From a virus: a DNA stretch of 64,000 nt. Both the position numbers and the translations under genes were made by a program. The stretch's first letter is position 1, and each line of letters begins with the position of its first letter. Shown piece by piece: positions 56,962 to 64,000 of this stretch. Under the pieces are notes generated by a model. That model did not search any database. It was not told the DNA's origin and saw only the letters and a list, made by a program, of their open reading frames with translations. The stretch lies in the UHGV virus genome UHGV-0038492. One strand, written 5' to 3'.

Positions 56962-56982
56962 CACGTATCCTTAAAATAAAAA

Positions 56983-57020
56983 AGAATGGAGGACTACGTC
57001 CATAAACATAGTTCCTCCTG
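56983..57020 (-). terminator. hairpin plus T-run between the 399-aa fibre-like gene and the first precursor gene
   Basis: on the minus strand, arms ggaggaac/gtcctcc are followed by ttcttttttatttt. Confidence 0.4.
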
Positions 57021-57028
57021 TAATTAAA

Positions 57029-58228
57029 TTATTTCGTACCCGCTTCCGCCTGTACGTCATCACGAGACGTCAGGTTAGCGTTAACGTGTACTGCGGCCTG
57101 AACCACGCCACCGTATTTCTTGTGGAGATAACCGGTGTGTGGGTTATCTGCCGCAATGTGGTTTTGTAGGTTTTGGTTCGCTTGACTGATTGCGTTCGTG
57201 TTATTGTTAACCTGCTGTTTAAGCGCATCCAGGCTTTGTTGTACCTGATTGATTTTCTGATCGGTTTCTTGACCCTGTTGCTCTAACGCGTCAACACGCT
57301 GAATAACCTGATTCAGTTTTGTGTTTAAATCGTTGATGTTCTTTTGCAGCTGTAACACTAACGAGTTCAGGTTCGCTAACGCTAAGGCCATTTTCTGGTA
57401 GTTTTGAGCAACCACGTTAAGTTGGTCGTTCCACGCTTCCAGAGAGTTGACAACAGCGTCAATACGTTTACCTAAAGCTTCGTCCGCTTTCTTCAGTGCA
57501 TTGATTTCCGTAATCGTTGCATCGATAGCAGACTGAACGTCACGAATAAGCGCACGGATTTCAGTTTCTCTTAACCCGTTAACCTGGTGAATATCAAGAT
57601 GGTGAACGTTACCCGTTGCGTTGATGTGTGCATTTAAAGCATCTAAGAAGTCATTTTTCAGACTTTCTAAAATCGCTTTAATGTTCTCTAACTGTACCGC
57701 GTCACCAGAACTGATCGCATCTTTAATCCCCGCCAATACGGTGATGATATATTCAAAACCGTAGATGTCACCCACGTCTTTATACGTCGGTGCAGACGGG
57801 AATGTATCCGGTACGTTACGTAAGTCTTTAAACGCAATCGTACGGTTATCGAGGTTTAACTCAGCAATCGCCTGTTCGATAGCCACGATGTTCGCAGACT
57901 GTGGACCACCAACGACCTGCGCAGATACCGTAATATCTGTTGGAATCGCTGTGTTAGTGACCACCACCGCCATAACAATCTCGCGGTTTTTAGTCAGCTT
58001 TTCATAAGTCGGGTGTGCAAAAATCAACTCATAATCGGTACCACGTTCGTAGGTTGCTTCCGGTCGGTTAGCAACGCGTAAACGGAACGTGTCCGCAAAG
58101 AACGGACCATCAGGAAAAGCAAAAGCACGGTTTACTTTACCTGTACCTAACGTAATCTGACGCTCCACAGCGTTAGACGTTAGCGAGCCCGTTAAATCTA
58201 AAGGATATTGATAAACAATGGAGGCCAT
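57029..58228 (-). CDS. fibrous coiled-coil virion protein (fibre/whisker-like)
   Basis: ATG at 58228 after AAGGAGAG; long heptad-like Q/N/L-rich C-terminal half; N-terminal PDGPFF motif shared with the 1727-aa protein. Confidence 0.65.
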   Translation of the reverse strand: MASIVYQYPLDLTGSLTSNAVERQITLGTGKVNRAFAFPDGPFFADTFRLRVANRPEATYERGTDYELIFAHPTYEKLTKNREIVMAVVVTNTAIPTDITVSAQVVGGPQSANIVAIEQAIAELNLDNRTIAFKDLRNVPDTFPSAPTYKDVGDIYGFEYIITVLAGIKDAISSGDAVQLENIKAILESLKNDFLDALNAHINATGNVHHLDIHQVNGLRETEIRALIRDVQSAIDATITEINALKKADEALGKRIDAVVNSLEAWNDQLNVVAQNYQKMALALANLNSLVLQLQKNINDLNTKLNQVIQRVDALEQQGQETDQKINQVQQSLDALKQQVNNNTNAISQANQNLQNHIAADNPHTGYLHKKYGGVVQAAVHVNANLTSRDDVQAEAGTK

Positions 58229-58268
58229 GGCCACTCTCCTTTATTCGAGACGTCCTTGTCCCGAGTCA

Positions 58269-61200
58269 TTAAGATGTAAACATAAGATTGAACTGGAGTT
58301 TGTCGATATCGCGAGTTTCTGCTGGATTCACACCATCGTACGCGGTCGCTACGTAAACCGTTAGCGTGCCGTTAGCGTAAGACGATTTCACCGGTGGGTT
58401 AGTTCCAGTCTGACCATCTCGCACAATGAGTGTAGGTTCACTTGGGAGATTATCAAACTGACCCTTGACCGCTTTATACACCAAACCAGATTGCGCAGAC
58501 AGTTCAGTGTCCGTAAAGACAAAGAACGGTGTGTCGATATCAGCCTGTTTAATCGTGGTACCGGTCTCGACGTCAATCAACTGTACCGCCCCAAACTTCG
58601 TACGATAACTTTCATACTCGTTCTTCGGAATAACGAACGTGACGTGAACGCGAACCTCCTCGGCAGGTTTAAACCCAGCGTGCTCTTTTTCCAGGTACTG
58701 GTTGGCGGTTAACGTGACGTCCTGCTCTTTCATCGTACCACCGGCCTGGTTTAATGCATAGCGAGCTTCAACAATACCGGTTGGCGCAGCAAGTCGCAGT
58801 TTCAGAGCACGATTTGCCGTTCCTGGATTACCTGGCACCTGAACGCGCAAACTCAATGCTAAGTAAACATTCGTTCCGGTAGTCGGTTTCGTATACGCAC
58901 CAATCCATTTCATGTTCGCAGACGCTGCCTGCGTGTTCTCAGAAGCAGTGGCTGTCGCAATGTTAGCAGCTACCGCTTTCTGCCAGAATTGGTCAGCGCA
59001 GTTCTCATACGCTACCCTGGCCACGCTCTTATAACCCGAATACGTTTCCTGAATTGGTAACTTAGGACGCGTCGTAATACCAGACAATGAACCCCATTTT
59101 TGACCGTCAACATACCCTTCGCCCTTCGACGCAGACGCCGTAGGCGCTTTAACGGGTTTGTTAACCAGTGTTAATAGAGGACCCGTCTTTCTGTCAAACG
59201 CTGCTGCAACATCATGTTGGTCGATAATTGCTGCGTGGTCTTCCAGTTCTTTCACACGACCCAAACGTTTTACTTTGTCGATGTTGATACCAGTAATACG
59301 GCTGGAATCGGTGGTTACTGACCCGACGAACAGTCTTGTTGAAGTGTCAGCTAACTGCTCCAAACCGATACGGTATTGCGCAGTAGAACCTGACACCTCA
59401 GCGTGCACGTAGAACGTCTGGTTAGCGTGGTTAGACGGGAATTCGCTGCTTAAATCCACAGACCACGTTGGGAGTGTGTAACTGCTGCTACCGAAGTCTA
59501 ACTTGACTTCTTCTGTCAAATACAGAATCCAGCCTTCTGCTGTCTCCACACCGGCAATAATAACAGCCTGACCTCCGGTTGAGAACCTCGTGTCGTTAAC
59601 GAACTCTGCGGCTGTATACGCGTTACCTGAACAGAAAACACGGTCAGCTTTAGAGTAAATCAACGCCATCTTGTCCCAATTACCCGCACCCATATAGCAC
59701 CCAGATTCTGGGTTATGTGCAGGGGCCATCTGTCGTAACTGTGACTTACCAGGAACGCGAGACCAACCTGAACCTGGGTCGTAGGTATACTTCGCGGCGT
59801 AACCTAGTGCATTTAAGTCCCCGATATTTCGGATAGTTAACGTATAAGGTAGCCAAATACCGAAGTTTACACCGTCGGCAGAAGCAAAAATTGGCTGACC
59901 GACACGTCGTGTTTTATTACCCGCTTCTTCCCTCAGAGACTGATAACTTAAACCATAATCGAGGTCTAAGAACCAGTCCACCAACTTAAAGGTGGCTGAG
60001 TTGAAACGTAAGTAGCCGTTCTCTTTAGATGGACTCACCATGAAGTAATAGATGTCAAGAATTCGACGTCCGTTACTTGAGGTTTTCATGCACGAAACTT
60101 GCAACAAGTCAAATTCGCACACGGTGTTGATACCCAACATCCAAAGAGCAAACAGTGCATTACCGGTTTGATGTGCAGCACTGATGCGCTCATTCGCGTA
60201 ACCATTTGCTTGACCAGATGGCGCACCGTCAACGATCATCCGAATCATTTTCTGACGATCGGCTTCTTCTAGCGTTAAGCGTTCGGAAGACAATGCGAAA
60301 TTACCGTAGATGTTACGATACGGGAACGTTTCTGCTTTGGTCAAATACCAACCGTTTAGCTGCCCGTGACGCTCCTCAGGAGTCATGCACGCAGCCATAC
60401 AGCTAAGCTGCTCGTAGAGCGTTGGATCGACTTCACGACGGTTGTTGTTCGGACCGTATCCGCTATAACCCGGAACATCGTAAGGTTTGTTCGGATCAAC
60501 TTCTACTTCGATGGTGTAACGGTTACGTGGGTTAGACAACCACACTTTATTCGAACCGCCTATTCCGACAGGATGGGAAAGACCGATGGTGTAAATAGAA
60601 CCGCGACCTTTATCCCAGGTAAACGTTCCTTCGCCCGAGGTGTTGTTTGGGTTATCGTAACGCAGATAATCGAAAAGCTCTTTGCCTTGTGTACCCTTAA
60701 TAGAAACATTAGGCATTTGGTCCGCATCGTTAATCTGCCAGCAGGAAAGCATCATTCCTGTACCGTTAGGTTTTGCATACGTCGCGAAACAACGGTTGTT
60801 TGCCTGACCACCACCCCACTTACGACTGGTTTCTACAGTTGAACCATCCGCGAACGAGAGTGCAGTAGCATCAGCCTTGATGGGGAAGCGTTCGCGGCCT
60901 TCTAACGTAACCTTGCCCGTCAACGTATCGATTGTAAAACTTGTTGCCCATTGACGAAAGTTAATTTGTGAGCTGTCGGCCGCTGCAAACCACACAGTAG
61001 GCATATGGTTCACACGAATCACGCTTTCGCGTACCGCACACGCGTGGTTACATTCTGGCCCGTGAACAAAGTTGTGGCCAATTGTCCATTTAGCCCGTGC
61101 TTCCGGCGTCAAATACGTAAAGAATTGACCCGTCTGCGACTCTTCGGTTTTCTGGCCAATACGTAGGCAGAGGTTATCTCCGAATTGTCCCATTTCACCG

Positions 61201-63452
61201 GTTAGTGTTACACGTTCAAATTCTAACGTAGTGTTAGTAGACAAATCGTCTTTACGTAAGCGCCATGCTGCAACAGCGTAAGCAGAGTTATTTACCGTGG
61301 AGCGGAGAAGATAAACATAGTCCTCAACCAACACAACGTCATCGGCTTCTGGCCACGGATTCCAGGTTTGTTCTGTAGTACCGCTGGGGTTACCGTTACG
61401 GTACATAGGCATCGTGACACGACATACCACCGTGTGTTTAGTGTGGTCCATCGAACCATTAAACAGCACCAAATAACGATTATTGTCAGAACCCAGGCAA
61501 ATAATCGCTTCCTGACCACCGATCAATATCGCTTTTAGGGTCACTCCAGGATATTTACTCATCCCGGCAGGGTGATATTTCACTGAGGTCTGCTGCGGAT
61601 TTACAAACGCGTTTGAGGTGTTAATGTCCGCGTAGCCGTAATAAATGGCTTCTGTACCCGGCACGCCATTAGAACCGTTACGTAGCGAATAAACCTTACC
61701 CTGCTGATACCCAACAACCCCTTTCTGGTAAGACTGGTTTTTGGTATAGCCCGCGTAGTTACCTAACGCTGGGATAGGTAAGAAGTTCTTATTACCGAAC
61801 TTCGCACCGCCTACCGTCCATGCCGGTAAGATGGTATTCAGTTTATCAGAGACTTTCTTAATCTCTTTTGCGAACAACCACCCTTGACGTGACGTGACAG
61901 CTTTATCATTAGTGGTGTCAATTGCATCCCACAGCTGTAAGACACCGTCAACCGTTGCACTACCAATTGGGACGTTATCCAAGTCAGCAGTGGTGTGGGT
62001 GTGCGTTTTCAAACTCTTGTTTTTCAACACGTTCGTTAACGCTTTTGTCACAGGCTTAGCACTCGGTATGGTGTTATCCATCTTATCGATACCGAAATCG
62101 GTTTTCGTTAAGGTTAACACCATCTTGTCGCCCGTCTTAACAAACCCTTTACCGTTAACGGTATAGTCATCGTCAACGTACAGGTCCAAACGGTCTTTTA
62201 GTTCGGTTACGGCTTTCTGGGAGATGGCAGTACCTAACGCCGCAGACGTAGAGATGTTCGTAATCGAGAACAACCCATAAACTGATTCGGACGCTGTGGG
62301 AATATTCGCGTTTAACGTGACCGGGTTAGTCTGTTTTGCAGTACCGTACGGTTTTACGGTGTCTGACGCTTTGAAATACGCGTTTGCTTCAAGCAACGTT
62401 ACTGACGTCAGATACATGTTCACCATTTCTGGCGTGACCAGGTACACGGAGTTATAAACCGGTGCTAATACATCCTGTTCTGACCCCGAGTGAACCCAAA
62501 GCGTATTCAGACCCGCACTAAACTCCACCGCTAAACCTGATTCGTTATTGTCCTGGTCTGCTTTAATCACTAACGGTTGCGGTGAGGTAATTAACCACTT
62601 ATCACCACGAATACTGATGATGTGACCACCTGACGTTTTAAACGTTAATTCATTACCGTTCGTGGTACCCCATCGACCGTAAACAGTACCGAGGGCTTCA
62701 CCCATTAACTGATCAACGTCGGATTGCTCGATACCCGCTGAACCCATCAGCGTAGCCAATTCGTCAATCGTCAACCCAAATGCTTTTGTGGCGTCAACAG
62801 CGCGTCCTAATACGGGGAGAGCAGCAACGTCGTCAGTGGTATAGTGATGCGCGTTAGGGTTACGGTGATGCTGGTATAATTCTTCGTCGAAAACCTTTTT
62901 CCCGTTCTCGTAAATCAGGTTAGTGACTTCGCTAAACGCAGCATCCAACTCCGTAGAACGCTTAATGATTTTCTTGCGAATGTCTTCTAACGCCTTAACA
63001 ACCTCGTCCCTCAGAATCGCTTCTTCTAAGTTAGCAGGCGGGTCGATAGGCTGAATAACCGGCGCATACGCCATTAGTTCAGACCAGTCCACGTTACGTG
63101 GGTCTTTCAGGTCAGTACGAACTAAGAACTTCCCGATTTCAGATTGTGGTACACGGTATTGTCGTGCTACCCCTAAAATCTCATATTCGATTTCTGTTGC
63201 GGTAAGCAACATAAACCCGCCATAAATCTGATCTTGCTCAGCTTCGGCGAGTTCTTTAAAGTAATAGCCTAAATAGTAGTCCAACCCCTCAATCAGAGTA
63301 CGACGTCCGTTAGGCGCGGTATCGTCGGCTACTGTGAGTTTTAATCCGATACGATAAAAAGGTCCTTCAGGCGGAATGACCACGTTAAATCGGTTAGGGT
63401 ACGTCGCTGTGCTTAACGTACCGTTAAACTGCGCCGCGTCTTCTCTCGGCAT
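58269..63452 (-). CDS. very large structural protein (1727 aa), probably tail fibre/host-specificity protein
   Basis: AGGAG upstream of ATG; N-terminal PPEGPFY motif parallels the 399-aa protein. Confidence 0.7.
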   Translation of the reverse strand: MPREDAAQFNGTLSTATYPNRFNVVIPPEGPFYRIGLKLTVADDTAPNGRRTLIEGLDYYLGYYFKELAEAEQDQIYGGFMLLTATEIEYEILGVARQYRVPQSEIGKFLVRTDLKDPRNVDWSELMAYAPVIQPIDPPANLEEAILRDEVVKALEDIRKKIIKRSTELDAAFSEVTNLIYENGKKVFDEELYQHHRNPNAHHYTTDDVAALPVLGRAVDATKAFGLTIDELATLMGSAGIEQSDVDQLMGEALGTVYGRWGTTNGNELTFKTSGGHIISIRGDKWLITSPQPLVIKADQDNNESGLAVEFSAGLNTLWVHSGSEQDVLAPVYNSVYLVTPEMVNMYLTSVTLLEANAYFKASDTVKPYGTAKQTNPVTLNANIPTASESVYGLFSITNISTSAALGTAISQKAVTELKDRLDLYVDDDYTVNGKGFVKTGDKMVLTLTKTDFGIDKMDNTIPSAKPVTKALTNVLKNKSLKTHTHTTADLDNVPIGSATVDGVLQLWDAIDTTNDKAVTSRQGWLFAKEIKKVSDKLNTILPAWTVGGAKFGNKNFLPIPALGNYAGYTKNQSYQKGVVGYQQGKVYSLRNGSNGVPGTEAIYYGYADINTSNAFVNPQQTSVKYHPAGMSKYPGVTLKAILIGGQEAIICLGSDNNRYLVLFNGSMDHTKHTVVCRVTMPMYRNGNPSGTTEQTWNPWPEADDVVLVEDYVYLLRSTVNNSAYAVAAWRLRKDDLSTNTTLEFERVTLTGEMGQFGDNLCLRIGQKTEESQTGQFFTYLTPEARAKWTIGHNFVHGPECNHACAVRESVIRVNHMPTVWFAAADSSQINFRQWATSFTIDTLTGKVTLEGRERFPIKADATALSFADGSTVETSRKWGGGQANNRCFATYAKPNGTGMMLSCWQINDADQMPNVSIKGTQGKELFDYLRYDNPNNTSGEGTFTWDKGRGSIYTIGLSHPVGIGGSNKVWLSNPRNRYTIEVEVDPNKPYDVPGYSGYGPNNNRREVDPTLYEQLSCMAACMTPEERHGQLNGWYLTKAETFPYRNIYGNFALSSERLTLEEADRQKMIRMIVDGAPSGQANGYANERISAAHQTGNALFALWMLGINTVCEFDLLQVSCMKTSSNGRRILDIYYFMVSPSKENGYLRFNSATFKLVDWFLDLDYGLSYQSLREEAGNKTRRVGQPIFASADGVNFGIWLPYTLTIRNIGDLNALGYAAKYTYDPGSGWSRVPGKSQLRQMAPAHNPESGCYMGAGNWDKMALIYSKADRVFCSGNAYTAAEFVNDTRFSTGGQAVIIAGVETAEGWILYLTEEVKLDFGSSSYTLPTWSVDLSSEFPSNHANQTFYVHAEVSGSTAQYRIGLEQLADTSTRLFVGSVTTDSSRITGINIDKVKRLGRVKELEDHAAIIDQHDVAAAFDRKTGPLLTLVNKPVKAPTASASKGEGYVDGQKWGSLSGITTRPKLPIQETYSGYKSVARVAYENCADQFWQKAVAANIATATASENTQAASANMKWIGAYTKPTTGTNVYLALSLRVQVPGNPGTANRALKLRLAAPTGIVEARYALNQAGGTMKEQDVTLTANQYLEKEHAGFKPAEEVRVHVTFVIPKNEYESYRTKFGAVQLIDVETGTTIKQADIDTPFFVFTDTELSAQSGLVYKAVKGQFDNLPSEPTLIVRDGQTGTNPPVKSSYANGTLTVYVATAYDGVNPAETRDIDKLQFNLMFTS

Positions 63453-63483
63453 CGTAAAGACTCCTACTTTTAAATAAAATGGA

Positions 63484-63515
63484 TACCCCTCCCCGTTACA
63501 GGGAGGGGTTACCTA
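63484..63515 (-). terminator. intrinsic terminator upstream of the 1727-aa gene
   Basis: on the minus strand, hairpin cccctccctg-taac-ggggagggg followed by a T-rich tract. Confidence 0.5.
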
Positions 63516-63546
63516 CGGACACACAACTGCCCGCAGGCAGCCTGTC

Positions 63547-64000
63547 CTAAGTACGATCCCCTAACTGCTTCCCGTTAAGTTCTCGTTTCAGTACAGAAAG
63601 TATCCATTTCCACGCTTTACTCGTGATATGGTACGGATTGCGTTTCTCCATTAAGAACTGCTTTTCACCGCTACGCAGTTCGAAGCTCTGCGCATTAAGA
63701 AAGTCCTGACGATAGACTTTCTCGTCAAAGACTTCCAGTGCACAGGTAAAGTTAAGTTCGTAACCTTCGGGATTATCACCTGGCGGTTCCAAGACAATAT
63801 AGATGTCCTGACCTACACGTAAATCCCTTGGGGTGATGGTAATCGCTTTACCCACATCAGCGCTGGTCGACAGAGCAAACTCCGCACTATCGGTGGACGC
63901 TAAGAATGGGTCTTTCCCTGCGTCGCCGATAATCACTTTACCAGGCCAGTTACACTTCACAGTTCCTGACACTTTTGCAATTCGATATTGTTGTTTCTCA
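63547..64000 (-). CDS. hypothetical protein, 5'-partial (frame open to the window end)
   Basis: no in-frame stop between 63972 and 64000 on the minus strand. Confidence 0.5.
   Translation of the reverse strand, partial: EKQQYRIAKVSGTVKCNWPGKVIIGDAGKDPFLASTDSAEFALSTSADVGKAITITPRDLRVGQDIYIVLEPPGDNPEGYELNFTCALEVFDEKVYRQDFLNAQSFELRSGEKQFLMEKRNPYHITSKAWKWILSVLKRELNGKQLGDRT

Noticed and set aside
58388-62166. Short ORFs on either strand inside the 1727-aa gene (e.g. 58491..58712, 60366..60842, 61894..62166)
   Set aside because: Embedded in a continuous 5.2-kb reading frame; no independent signals.
1-64000. Integrase, transposase, att sites or CRISPR array suggesting a prophage or mobile island
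   Set aside because: No recombinase-like ORF, IS-type terminal inverted repeats or spaced direct-repeat array was seen; gene content and density fit a lytic phage genome segment.

Overview
The window reads as one contiguous stretch of a large virulent tailed dsDNA phage genome, about 45-48% GC. It holds roughly 100 tightly packed ORFs, many with overlapping stop/start codons, mostly on the plus strand and separated by GC-rich hairpin plus T-run terminators. Functions I can support from sequence are: a RuvC-like resolvase, three GNAT-type acetyltransferase domains, a thymidylate-kinase-like dNMP kinase, a Dam-type N6-adenine methyltransferase, an HTH protein, a multi-gene tail-fibre module (fibre repeats, C-terminal autoproteolytic chaperone domain, gp38-like polyglycine adhesin), a GH108-type endolysin, an M15-type metallopeptidase and a minus-strand lipoprotein. 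The stand-out feature is a minus-strand block (51.4-57.0 kb) sitting inside the fibre module: two paralogous radical-SAM enzymes, one with a SPASM-type Cys-rich C-terminus, next to three tandem genes for peptides with a shared Cys-free leader and a Cys/Gly/Ser core. I interpret this as a candidate phage-encoded RiPP-like peptide maturation system; that is inference, not a database match. I found no rRNA, tRNA, CRISPR array, IS element or integrase. Coordinates of starts were re-derived by hand where the ORF track began at a non-ATG codon; all product calls are motif-based and unverified by search.
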